DNA of 64,000 nt from positions 62,001 to 126,000 of IMG/VR virus record IMGVR_UViG_3300050343_000191, one strand, 5' to 3'. This document shows, in pieces, positions 1 through 10,920 of this stretch. Every line of letters begins with the position of its first letter. The stretch's first letter is position 1. Made by a program: the position numbers and the translations under genes. The notes below the pieces were generated by a model that worked only from the letters and a program-made list of their open reading frames with translations, was not told where the DNA came from and made no database searches.

Positions 1-7
1 AAAAGCA

Positions 8-475
8 ATGTTAATTGCCATATTAGATAATGACGGAAAACGTTCTACCAGTGTAGGAGTAGGAACAACTGCAGCAAAGAAATCAGTATTCTTTAATGCA
101 ATATCAACCCCTAATGCAAGAAATACATCTATAGCACCTTGGAATGGATGGAATAATCCTGTAGGTGTATGTACTCCAACCTCAGTTTCAAGAAGTAGTA
201 ATGTTGCTATCGTCACTACAACTCCCGCACACGGATTAAGCACATCATATGATGATTGGGGTATATCGATGAACCTAAATACAGGTATATCTACGTCATT
301 TAATACTTCAAAGGTTACATATCCCAATGGTGTTCCGATAAAAATTATTGACACAAATACATTCTCATATCAAAATGTTGGTATCAATACGACATCAACA
401 TCGGTGACTGGAATAGCATCAGTTCATATTGGTTGGGGCGGAACTAGTATAAATCTACGTATGGCAATATCTTAA
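8..475 (+). CDS. Virion structural/tail-fibre-like protein (probably the 3' part of a longer gene)
   Basis: Thr/Ser/Gly-rich with VGVGTT/VGINTT motifs typical of cyanophage fibre and baseplate proteins; at the window edge. Confidence 0.55.
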   Translation: MLIAILDNDGKRSTSVGVGTTAAKKSVFFNAISTPNARNTSIAPWNGWNNPVGVCTPTSVSRSSNVAIVTTTPAHGLSTSYDDWGISMNLNTGISTSFNTSKVTYPNGVPIKIIDTNTFSYQNVGINTTSTSVTGIASVHIGWGGTSINLRMAIS

Positions 476-476
476 T

Positions 477-1205
477 ATGAATATATCCGACTTAAAACAA
501 AACAATCCTAGACAATACTATGATCTAGTTGCAAGTGGGAAATTATCATATTCCGATGCTGGTGCTCTAGTTTGGGGTAATAGAGTTACGAATGCATTTG
601 CAGAAGGTTTTCTTGGTGGACCATTTCCGCCAGATTACAGAGCAATAGCAGAACCTTCAGATTTTTCAACACCAACGACATTTGCTGCAAGTGGAGCATA
701 TCCAAAACCTTGGAGAAGTTACGCTCAAAGAACACAGAATGCTATTTACACAAACGTTGGACCTTATGCAGCATTAGTTGGATGGTCTGATGCAGATACA
801 ATATGTGATTTAAAAAATAAGACAAATAATATAAAACAATCTAGATTATGGGGAAGATGGGGTGTAGCAACATCGGGACCTAATAGTGGACAAGGTGCAT
901 TCTTTATGCAAGATTGGCATACTCCCTCTGAAGGACCAAATAATGCACACTATTATAATACTCAAGCATCACCAGATCCAGAATGGCAGTTACGTGTAGA
1001 TTGGTGGGAGTCTATAACCAAAAAAACAATCTTTACTAGATTTGAAAATACTGGATTAATTTGTCAAATTGAAGTTGCATATAAACATTTGGCGTTTGAT
1101 GATGTTGGATATTATCAAGGTCCCGATATTAATGGAATTGCAGATGCCAGTTATGATTTATTAGTTGCCATGGTAGCGTTAGCAGTAGCAATAAGGTGGT
1201 TATAA
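477..1205 (+). CDS. Hypothetical protein, 242 aa
   Basis: Clean ORF tightly coupled to both neighbours; Trp/Tyr-rich; no family recognised. Confidence 0.7.
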   Translation: MNISDLKQNNPRQYYDLVASGKLSYSDAGALVWGNRVTNAFAEGFLGGPFPPDYRAIAEPSDFSTPTTFAASGAYPKPWRSYAQRTQNAIYTNVGPYAALVGWSDADTICDLKNKTNNIKQSRLWGRWGVATSGPNSGQGAFFMQDWHTPSEGPNNAHYYNTQASPDPEWQLRVDWWESITKKTIFTRFENTGLICQIEVAYKHLAFDDVGYYQGPDINGIADASYDLLVAMVALAVAIRWL

Positions 1206-2918
1206 ATGCCAAGACCCAGTTTAAGCAATAGAGGTAATTTTAAAGCATACCTACGCCACTTCAAAAGAAAATTTAATAGCAATCTTCAAAAACTTCCAGA
1301 GTATTGGATTGATGCTATCCTATCATCAAAGGCAGCAGGAATTAGCACATCCGCTGACGTTAATGTTATTATATTTGATAACAAAGATACTGTTGATATT
1401 ACAAGTGCCTCCAACAATAACGAACTAATTTATATTCCAGCAATTGCTGGTGATGAGATTAGTCTGAAGATTGGTTCATCTGTAGTAACATTAAGTTTTG
1501 ATGCTGAGGGTGATCCAGTAACATTCAAAGGAACCACCTACGGTATTAATGATACAATACCTGCAAATATAGGTGGGAAAAACTTAGTAGTAAAAGGACT
1601 TGGTGGAGCATTACTTCAACCATCATCAGCACCATCATATAGTGTTGGTATATCAACAAACTCTGTAAATGAAGGCAGTTCTGTAGATATTACAGTTAAT
1701 ACAACCGATGTTGGTGCTGGAACTACACTATTCTATAGTACTAATACCACCACAGCATCTGCTGCAGATTTTGTAGACAACTCTTTAACTGGATCTTTTG
1801 TTGTTGTTGGCACTGGGTCAACAACTGGTATTGCAACAATAACAAGATCTATTACATCTGATGCAATTAGTGAATCAACTGAAAAGTTTATAATAGAAAT
1901 TAGAGAAGGATCTACATCTGGAACAAAAGTTACAGAAACTCAAAATATATCAATCAAAAGTGTTGACTCATATTATACAATAACTGAAAGTGCCGCATCA
2001 GTAAATGAAGGAAGTTCTGTAAGCTTTACAGTTAACACCGCAGGTGTAAGCACATCACAACCATTATACTATAGTACAGGTGGAACTGCCAGTGCTGCAG
2101 ATTTCTCTAATAACTCATTATCAGGATCCTTTAGTCTTGTAAGCACTGGGTCCACAACTGGTATTGCAACCTTTGTAAGATCCATTGCAACTGACTTTGA
2201 TACCGAATCTGGTGAAGTATTCAATATTGTTATTCGCACAGGTTCTGTATCGGGAACAGCAGTTACAACAAGTTCTAATATCACAATCGGTGACATTGTA
2301 CCATCAATTACGATTACAGAATCAGCAACATCAGTTGATGAAGGTGGTTCAGTAACATTCACTATATCTGGTTCTAATATACCAAATGGAACATATTACT
2401 ACACCATATCTGAAGAAGAAGGAACTATTGCATCTACAGATTTCAATCCTGCAAATCTAGATGGTTACTTTACTGTCAACAATAATAGTGGATCTCTCAC
2501 TATTACTCTAGCAGATGATTTAACAACTGAAGGGACTGATAGGTTCAGAATTCAAATTAGAAGAGATTCTGTCAGTGGCAATATAATTGCTACATCAAAT
2601 GCAATCACAGTTGGTGATACTTCTCAAGGTGTTGGTTCTAATTCTAGCGGTAAGACCTTTGGTCCTGTTCAGGTTAATAGAGATGATAGTAATCCAGGAT
2701 ATGAATCTGACTGGTATGCAATTGCAAACTTAGATCAAATTCCTGATGGTTCTTCGATTGCATTGTTCATTGATACCTCTGGTAGTATGACTATGGCAAC
2801 TGTTCAGGCATCTTATGATAAATTACTTGGAAAACTCAATGCAAGAGGAATTACCATCACTACAGTAACAAATTCTAATGAAGATTGGATTACTCCATTC
2901 TTGGTTGACCTTCCATAA
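1206..2918 (+). CDS. Virion protein with three ~110-aa Ig/Calx-beta-like repeats and a C-terminal DxSGS (vWA/MIDAS-like) motif
   Basis: Repeats 'SVNEGSSV..TV.T..LYYS..ASAADF..NSL.GSF..GSTTGIAT'; C-terminal 'LFIDTSGSM'. Confidence 0.65.
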   Translation: MPRPSLSNRGNFKAYLRHFKRKFNSNLQKLPEYWIDAILSSKAAGISTSADVNVIIFDNKDTVDITSASNNNELIYIPAIAGDEISLKIGSSVVTLSFDAEGDPVTFKGTTYGINDTIPANIGGKNLVVKGLGGALLQPSSAPSYSVGISTNSVNEGSSVDITVNTTDVGAGTTLFYSTNTTTASAADFVDNSLTGSFVVVGTGSTTGIATITRSITSDAISESTEKFIIEIREGSTSGTKVTETQNISIKSVDSYYTITESAASVNEGSSVSFTVNTAGVSTSQPLYYSTGGTASAADFSNNSLSGSFSLVSTGSTTGIATFVRSIATDFDTESGEVFNIVIRTGSVSGTAVTTSSNITIGDIVPSITITESATSVDEGGSVTFTISGSNIPNGTYYYTISEEEGTIASTDFNPANLDGYFTVNNNSGSLTITLADDLTTEGTDRFRIQIRRDSVSGNIIATSNAITVGDTSQGVGSNSSGKTFGPVQVNRDDSNPGYESDWYAIANLDQIPDGSSIALFIDTSGSMTMATVQASYDKLLGKLNARGITITTVTNSNEDWITPFLVDLP

Positions 2919-2921
2919 ATA
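2916..2921 (+). promoter_or_regulatory. T4-type late promoter core TAAATA
   Basis: Overlaps the upstream stop codon, 11 nt before the ATG at 2933. Confidence 0.6.
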
Positions 2922-2932
2922 TTTAAAAAACG

Positions 2933-3277
2933 ATGGCAGTCACATACGTAACTAATCTAGTAATGTATACTGGAGCAGACTTTGACCAAACATTTGTTCT
3001 AGAGGATGCACAGTCTAATAGCATTAAAGATTTGACTGGATTTAATGGATGTGCTCAAATGAAGAGATATGAGTCATCCTTAAAGACTGCTGACTTCACA
3101 GTATCTTTTGCTAATGATAGAAAATCGGGCAGAGTCACCATATCTCTACTTGCAACAGATACTGCAAATCTAAAACCTGGAAAATATTTTTACGACCTAA
3201 TACTAAACAGTCCCACTGGATCTACTACAAGAGCAGTAGAAGGGACTGTTTTAGTTAAAAAATCAGTTACTAGATAA
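2933..3277 (+). CDS. Small virion protein, BppU-N-like baseplate/fibre adaptor
   Basis: 'GADFDQTF..DLTGF..AQM..GKYFYDL..RAVEGTVLV' pattern. Confidence 0.65.
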   Translation: MAVTYVTNLVMYTGADFDQTFVLEDAQSNSIKDLTGFNGCAQMKRYESSLKTADFTVSFANDRKSGRVTISLLATDTANLKPGKYFYDLILNSPTGSTTRAVEGTVLVKKSVTR

Positions 3278-4219
3278 TTACTTCTTCTTCTTTTTCTTCT
3301 TATGTGATCCGCAAGAAGATTCGATAATGCTTTGGATGAACTCTTCATCCAATTGATTCATTACATAATCTGCTTCTTTAATATCAGAAGCATGTCCTTC
3401 TTTAATCAGATAGTCTGCAATCACCTCGTAGTGAGCATAGATTGAAGGTACAGGATTTGCTCTAATATTCTTATATGCTTTAAGACTTACCTGATATCCA
3501 GGACTGTTCTTATAAAGATCCTTTGGTTGATTTTGCAATCTCCACCATCCAGCAGATTTGTTATTTGAAGATGAACTCTTTGCTTTTGCTGCTTTTGCTG
3601 CTTCTGCTGCTTTTGCATCTGCTGCTGCTTTTTCTGCTTCTCTTTGCTCTCTAGATCTTTTTTCTTCCGGCGTTTCCACCTTCTCTTCTGGATCTGATGT
3701 ATCTACCTTTGAATCAGTACTAGGATCTGATATGCCAGGAATTAACTTGTTATCTAAAGCGACTTTTGTACCAAGAGTAACAAGACCTGCAGCACCCGCA
3801 ACTGCAGCACCTTGTTTGATCTTTGTTTTTTGAGCAGATGGTATCTTATCTTTAAGTTTTCTAATCAGCGATGGTGGTTTAGTAGGATCAACTTTGGCAC
3901 CTGGTCTTGTTGCACCACTGGTAATAGGTCTTCCGCCTTTAGTTGTTGTGGGAGGTTTGCGGAGACGTACCTTTCCACCTCTACCAAAAAGTCTCATCAA
4001 GAATCCCGACATACCTCCTTTTTCACATATAAGTAAAAAGTCGGGATTACCTGTATCAATTGTCTCACTTAGAGTTATCGACTCGCAGATTTCTAATACT
4101 TTAGATTCATCATTTAAATTCCAAAATTCCATGATCTGATCTACATCATAACCTTCCTCAAGCATAGAGTAAGATATATGCAAAAATGTCTTTTGCTCTT
4201 CAGAAAGATTGTAATGCAT
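3278..4219 (-). CDS. Late hypothetical protein with two acidic EG[YH] domains and a poly-Lys tail
   Basis: 'MLEEGYDVDQI', 'YLIKEGHASDIKEADYVM', ends KKKKKKK; TAAATA at 4243-4248. Confidence 0.75.
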   Translation of the reverse strand: MHYNLSEEQKTFLHISYSMLEEGYDVDQIMEFWNLNDESKVLEICESITLSETIDTGNPDFLLICEKGGMSGFLMRLFGRGGKVRLRKPPTTTKGGRPITSGATRPGAKVDPTKPPSLIRKLKDKIPSAQKTKIKQGAAVAGAAGLVTLGTKVALDNKLIPGISDPSTDSKVDTSDPEEKVETPEEKRSREQREAEKAAADAKAAEAAKAAKAKSSSSNNKSAGWWRLQNQPKDLYKNSPGYQVSLKAYKNIRANPVPSIYAHYEVIADYLIKEGHASDIKEADYVMNQLDEEFIQSIIESSCGSHKKKKKKK

Positions 4220-4248
4220 CTCTAGTTACTATCCTATATTGTTATTTA

Positions 4249-6016
4249 TTAGTTGCCCGCTCTAGATCTCTGAGCGGCAACATTTGCTTTTCTGGTTGCC
4301 TCATCATTTCTATTGTAATATCCCTTCAAATAATCAGAGACATATGGAACTCCTGCACCAGCAGTTCTTCTTCCAATTCTCTCAAGAGGATTAGATGAAG
4401 TATATGCAAGTGAAGAAGGATCGTTACCATGCTTGTATACTGCTTTACCATCCTTAAAAGCACGATATCCAACTCGTTCTTTATTATTAGCATCACGAAC
4501 AATTGCCTTATTTCCACTTCGTGAAGTAGCAGACATAGCAGGAGTTCCAGTTTGTACCTGACGATTTGCTTTTGCCATCCACTTTTTATCAGAAGCACTT
4601 GCTCCCATTACATAACCAGAAGCAGCATCACCAAGAGTAGAACCAGCAAGTGGTCCAACAAACGCTGATGCTCTTTTTCCAATAACACCACGTAATAATG
4701 CAGTGGTGGCAATAGATCCTAATGTAGAACCTGTGCCAGAAGCAAGTGCTGCATTTGTTTGTCTTTCAGCAGTTTGTCCTCGTGCTTTTTCTCTTTCCGC
4801 TGCACCATATGCGTTAAAAGCACCATAGAAAGCACCCGAACCTGCACCACTACTTGCCTTTTTGACTGTTGGTGGTTTATATGTACTACTACCCTTCCTT
4901 ATACTAGTAGATCTTCTTCCTAAATCTGGAGGAGTGTTTGCTATTTTTTGTCTTGCTTGTTGTGGTGTTACCGGGTTTTTTTTAGTTGAGGGGGGTTTAG
5001 GACCACTATCAATTCTACTAGAAGGACCAGCAGCACCACTTACTCTTCTTCTTGTTGGATTTGCAGATACTGATACTGGTTTATTGCCTGGTTTGTATGA
5101 GAACGATCCGCTGCTAGTCTGACCAAATTTCAAAGTCTTACCGGCAGTACCCACAGTACTTGAAGTGGATGGTAATTTTGGTGGAGTTTTTGTCTTTGTA
5201 GTACCAGAAATTGTGAAAGATGGTTTTGGTGCCGGTAGGGATTGCTTCACTTTAGCAATAGTTTTAACTGGAATAGGTTTGATTTTTGGAAGTTTTGATC
5301 CAGAAGTCGCAGTAGAACTAGATGCTCCGGTACCCATATTTTTGAGAATTTCCTTTGCATTCAGATCACCAACCTTTACTTTACTATACTGCCTTGCACT
5401 TGGCGCTCTTCCACCAACACCCTGTGGTAGATTAGTCGTTGCAGGAAGTGATCTGTACGTTGGTGCCCCTGTAAGAGGATTTGCACCAGTAGGCGTACCA
5501 AAAGACTGTCTGAATCTTGCTGCCCTCTTAGATACCTCAGACTGTTTAACTGCGGTTGTTTTAGGTGTTGGTGCTGGTTTTGTTCTAGTCCCAATACCAG
5601 TAGATTTTACATCTGACGGTCTTGTCTGACGATATCTTTGACCTCTTCCAGGTTTTGCTGTTTCTCCACCAATCTTAATGTCATCAGCATCAGCACCTTT
5701 ACCACCACCAATAATATTAGAAGCTGCTTTTCTTGGCGTAGGATCTGCTCCTGCACGAGATCTAATATCATCAGCAACTTTTACCTGCTGTTTAATATCT
5801 GGTTTACCGGCATATCGTGCTGCGGAATCTTTGCTTGGATTAAATCCCTGACCACTATTTTTAGGTGATCCTTTCTTTGGGTTTACAGTAGTATTGGCAG
5901 GATCTTGCACCTTTGAACGGGAAGTCTCTATATCAACATTACCCCCCCCCCCCCCCCCCAACACTACTCTTAGTGCCAAAATTTGATTTTTTTCTTCCTT
6001 CGTTTAGTGATGCCAT
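4249..6016 (-). CDS. Large basic low-complexity protein interrupted at a G18 tract
   Basis: ATG at 6016 gives MASLNEGRKKSNFGTKSSV-G6-stop; one G fewer joins it to the 576-aa frame. Confidence 0.7.
5942..5959. repeat. C18 homopolymer (G18 on the coding strand)
   Basis: Read directly from the sequence. Confidence 0.95.
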
Positions 6017-6044
6017 TTCAGATACTTTGTAGTTTTTGCTTAAA

Positions 6045-6401
6045 TTATTTTCTAAGGATTTCAGGTTTTGCTTTTTTTTCTTTCTCTTTTCTTTCATCAT
6101 CACGTTTTTTTAATCTCATCTGATCAACGCCTATGGCACCAAGTTTAAAAGCAGCAGTGTATGGATTTGTCGCTGGCAGTGCTTGTGCAGCAGCATTATA
6201 CATACCAAATTCATCCCCATCTCTTACAGATTCAATTCCTCTCTTGAGACCTATCCCCGCTGATACTAAATTAGCTCCTTGTGTCCAGTAACCCGCTTTA
6301 GATCCACCCCTCAAAATATTAAATGCAGCACCCCAAGGATTTTCAACAATCAACTTCGATTGATCTGATTCAATAACAAATTGTTTATATGTTTTCATCA
6401 C
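6045..6401 (-). CDS. Late protein with a T4 internal-protein-like capsid-targeting leader
   Basis: N-terminus MKTYKQFVIE resembles the T4 IPIII leader MKTYQEFIAE; TATAAATA at 6418-6425. Confidence 0.7.
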   Translation of the reverse strand: MMKTYKQFVIESDQSKLIVENPWGAAFNILRGGSKAGYWTQGANLVSAGIGLKRGIESVRDGDEFGMYNAAAQALPATNPYTAAFKLGAIGVDQMRLKKRDDERKEKEKKAKPEILRK

Positions 6402-6426
6402 TCACACTGTTTTTAGATATTTATAA

Positions 6427-7458
6427 TCACTTTGCGCTTATAGATCCTCCACTTGTACCAATCTCTTTTCTATAATTGATAGTATTTTTTGTTGCTTGTT
6501 GACGCTCTTTTGCAAGTGCTGCAGCGTCTCTTTCTCTTTGTCCACCAACACCAGTTGCTCTAGAAAGTCTAGAGAAAAGATTTTGATTGCCTCTTTGTGC
6601 CATACTTGCTCTTGCAAGATAAACAGGTTTACCGTTTTTATAAGCAAGATCACCAACTCTACCACCAGAGAGAATTTTAGTGCTAGGAAGTTTTGCAGTT
6701 TTACCTCCACTAGTAATAGTATTATTTTTTTTATCTACATCCATTTTACCACCAGTACCGACGATGCCAACACCCTGTCTAGATCCGTAGGCACCTTGCT
6801 GACCTGCTTTTTGTCTTGCTTTGACTGCAGCAACGTCTTTAGGGGTTCCAACTTTCTTTTCACCAGCAACAGAACCCCATTCAACTGGCACTACTTCACC
6901 TTTATATTTTGCTGCTCCAATTCTAAAAGGTTTATCCTTTTCAGATCTGTCTGTCTTATTAGCGTAAATTTTTTCGGCCTTAGGATCATTATAAGTATAT
7001 CCCTTTTTATTTCTCCCTGTTGCTAAGTACTGATCTAATTTAGATTCTCCACCAGTAACATCAATTCTTTTACTAATAGTATAGTCCCCATATTGCCTTC
7101 TACCCCTCGGTGCTGCGGAACTGGATCCGGCACCACCTAGAGCAATAGAAGTGATTGGATTTGCATATAATGCGGCAGTATTTATTGCAGAGTCTTTTGC
7201 AGTTCTCGCATTTTGTTGAGTTTTTGGATCTTTTATTTTACTGATTCCTACTTCTGCTGCAGTATCTAAAGCAACATAAGTACCAAGTCTTGCTGCACCC
7301 CCACCCACTCTTTTCAAAAGAGATGGTCTTGTAGTAGTTGTTGCTGCTGATGGTGGTGGGGATGTTGGTAACTTGGGAGCAACTCTTGGTGGTTGTGCTT
7401 GAGGTTTCATCCTCATTGAATTAGATTGACGCATTGCATTCAATTGATTCCTTCTAGA
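6427..7458 (-). CDS. Basic low-complexity protein, paralogous to 4249-6016 at its C-terminus; 5' end joined in frame to nrdB
   Basis: Non-NrdB part of ORF 6427-7767; 'RVGDLAYKNGKPVY'. Confidence 0.65.
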   Translation of the reverse strand, partial: SRRNQLNAMRQSNSMRMKPQAQPPRVAPKLPTSPPPSAATTTTRPSLLKRVGGGAARLGTYVALDTAAEVGISKIKDPKTQQNARTAKDSAINTAALYANPITSIALGGAGSSSAAPRGRRQYGDYTISKRIDVTGGESKLDQYLATGRNKKGYTYNDPKAEKIYANKTDRSEKDKPFRIGAAKYKGEVVPVEWGSVAGEKKVGTPKDVAAVKARQKAGQQGAYGSRQGVGIVGTGGKMDVDKKNNTITSGGKTAKLPSTKILSGGRVGDLAYKNGKPVYLARASMAQRGNQNLFSRLSRATGVGGQRERDAAALAKERQQATKNTINYRKEIGTSGGSISAK

Positions 7459-8636
7459 GAATCCTGAGAAGGTATCTTTTTTGACATCTTGTTTGATTCC
7501 TCCGACGATGTAAGACTCAACCTCAGTTTCCTGAGGAGCGACCTGAAGACCCTTCGACGAAATCCAATGTTCCGTCCAGGGGAGTGGGTTATTCTTTGCG
7601 GGTATGTCATAGATTGGTTTAAGTCCAATTGCTTTCATTCTACGATTGGCAATCCATTCAACATACTGCTGAAGCAGTTTATCATTCAGACCAATCATAG
7701 ATCCATCTTTGAACAGATACTCTGCCCAAAGTTTTTCTTGATTAACACAATTTTCAAAATGCGCCAATCAACCATTGCTCTTCTTCTTTGAAGATTTTGC
7801 CATCTCAGGATCATCACCTTCTCTCCACTTCTTCAGAATATTCTGAGTAATGGCAAGATGCTGATTCTCATCTCTGGCAATCAGTGAGATGATTTTTGCA
7901 CTTCCTTCCATAAGTTTGAGTTCGCCAAAAGCAAAACTGCAAGCAAATGATACGTAAAAGCGAATACCTTCAAGAATATTAACGTTTGCAACTGCTCTGA
8001 AGAGTTTGCGCTTGAGTTCATATCTTGAAATTTGTGCATAAGGAACTCCTTCTAATGCGTGTTGCCAATCATTAGTACTATCATAATGATGTGCTGCATT
8101 AATAAAGTCATTATATGCCTGAGTAACACTCATAGCACGTTCAACAATGCGATCATCATTCAGAATGTGATCAAACACATCTGAAGGGTCTGGATAGATG
8201 TTCTTGATGATATGAGTATATGAACGACTATGGATCATCTCCATGAACCCCCAGACCTCCATACATGCTTCTAATTCAGGTAAGAGAGCAGTAAGGGATA
8301 AATGCCATACCAGGACCACGACCCTGAACCGAATCCAGCATGATCTGATACTTCAAGATTAGAAGTAAAGATATGCTTTTGCTCTGGACGTAATGTCTGA
8401 TAATCAGCACGATCTTTCTGGAGAGAAACTTCCTCTGGTCTCCAGAAATATCCCTAATTGTTGCGTTGTGAGTTTATCAAAAATTGGATACTTGTAAGAA
8501 TCATATCTCTGAATACCCAATGGTTTACCAAAAAACATTGGTTGTTTTTTAGTATCAACTACCTCTGAGTTAAAAACAGTCATGGATTCGACCATTGGTT
8601 TTCTTCTTTGTTTGTCTTAAATTTTACAAGACTCAC
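7459..8636 (-). CDS. nrdB: Ribonucleotide reductase class Ia beta subunit (frameshifted; lacks its own stop)
   Basis: EMIHSRSY, NILEGIRFY, RDENQH, VAPQETEVESY motifs across several frames. Confidence 0.95.
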
Positions 8637-10920
8637 AGTCTTCCTCCTCGGCGTTTTCTAATTGAGAAATTAAACTATCAAGAGACTCCTTAGTAGATTC
8701 TCTACTTCATCAGTCTTGATTATCGTATGTATTTTGATAATAAGAAGTCTTCCAACCGTATTTGTATGTAGTTAAAAGATCTTGTGCCATTACTGAAACT
8801 GGAACTTCAGAATCAGGATAGTTCTCTGGATTATAACTCCAATTGCCAGAAATTGCTTGGTCAAAGAACTTCTGCATTATAGCAACAATATTAATATACC
8901 CACGATTGGACCAGGCATATCCCAAAGTAACGTATAATTATTTTTAAGGTTGCATATTGCGGAACAATTTGCTTAAGAGGTCCTTTTTTGGCTTTTCTTA
9001 ATGGACAAGTATCCTCTAGGTGGTTCAATTCCATTTGTTGCGTTTGACACAACGGAACTGCTCTCCGAAGGCATCTGTGCGGACAATGTTGAGTTCCTAA
9101 CTCCGTATTCCAAGTACCCGTTGTCTAAGATCTCCCAATCATACTGAAGCTCATTTGCAACTATTTCATCTACATCATGTTTATATGTATCAATTGGAAG
9201 AATTCCATTACCATACTTGGTTCGATGACTATATTCACATGCACCTTTTTCTTTTGCAAGATTGACAGTTGCAGAAATTAAATAGTATTGGAATGCCTCA
9301 GTTAAATCATGAACTGCAGTTTCCCAGGCTCTGCATCATTGTAATTGAACCCATGCTTCGCAAGATAGTGTGCTAAACCGATATAACCGATTCCAAGTGA
9401 ACGACGTGCCTTTGTGGCAATTTCTGCTGCTCTGATGGGGTATCCTGAAAATCAATGAGTTCATCAAGACTCCTAACAGCAAGATCGCAAAGAACTTGAA
9501 GATCTTCAAGATCCCTAATTTTACCAATATTAATAGCACTAAGGATGCAGAGAGCAATTTCCCGTTTTCATCATCAATATGTTGTAAAGGTTTAGTAGGA
9601 AGAGTAATCTCTTGACACAATTGCTCATCTCAACTTTATCCATAAAGGATGAGTGAGAATTACAATGGTCAATGTTCATGATGTAAAGACGACCAGTCTC
9701 TGCTCGTTCTTTCAAGAAGGTCTAAGAAAGAGATCCTGTGCCCCGATAGTCTTTCTTGGAGTAAACTCATCTGATTCATAGCGTACATAGAGATCGTCAA
9801 ATGTATCAGTACCAAAAGCATCATAGAGACCTGGTACGTCATGCGGTGAGAAGAAGCTAATCTCTCCATTCGTAATGAAACGTTCGTAGAAAAGTTTTGA
9901 AATTTGGATTGAGTAGTCAAGTTTCGTACCCGATTGTCTTCTGTGCCTTTGTTGTTCTTAAGAACAATAATATCTTCTATTTCTTGGTGCCAGATAGGAA
10001 AGTGAACTGTAGCTGAACCACCTCTGATCCCGTTTTGAGTGCAACATCGTACAGTTGATTCAAACTTTTTAAGGAAGGGGACCACGCCTGTGTGTTGTAC
10101 CTCTCCGCCTCTGATTTTAGCGTTGATGCCACGGATTCGACCTGCGTTGATGCCGATTCCTGCACGTTGTGCAACATATTTACCAATAGCCATGTCACTG
10201 CTAAAGATACTATCGAGGGTGTCATCAACATCAACAAGAACACAGCTCGCATACTGTCGCAAGGGGTTCTGACCCCTGCCATGATTGGCGTGGGGATGTT
10301 GAGTTTGTGTCTGCTGATTGCATCATAGTATTTTTTTACGTAATCTAGACGGGTTTCTTTTGGATACTTTGAAAAAATAGTGGCAGCAATCAACAGATAC
10401 ATGAACTGCGGTGTCTCGTATTGAGCACCCGTACTACGATCCTGCACTAGGTATTTATCCACAACCTGACGCAAACCAGCATAGGTAAACAGATAGTCAC
10501 GATCATGATCAATAAATGATTCAAGTTTATCAAACTCTTCATCAGAGTATAAAGATCAAGAATTTCTGCATCATAGACTCCTTTCTCCACACAGAGTTTA
10601 GTGTGTTCCTACACTTTGGTGTCTCGTGTCTACGACCGTTGATTTGCTTACCTGAGAGCAAACAGAAGCAAGCGAGCGGCAACAAACTGATAGTTGGGAT
10701 GATCCAGATCGATCAAGTCGCTTGCAGAGCGAATCAAAATCTCCTGAATTTCTCCTGTAGTAATCCCATCATAAAATTGAATGCCAGATTGCATCTCAAC
10801 CTGAGAGGCAGAAACACCTGCCAGGTCCTTACATGCTTCCTCCACCATTACGTGGAGTTTATTCAGATCAAGAGGTTCAGTATTTCCATTTCTCTTAATT
10901 ACCTTTGTCCCGTTGCTCAT
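8617..10920 (-). CDS. nrdA: Ribonucleotide reductase class Ia alpha subunit (frameshifted)
   Basis: ATP cone VIKRNG, PTPIMAG, CTQNGIRGG, CQEITLPT, GWKTSYY, C-terminal CESC. Confidence 0.95.
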
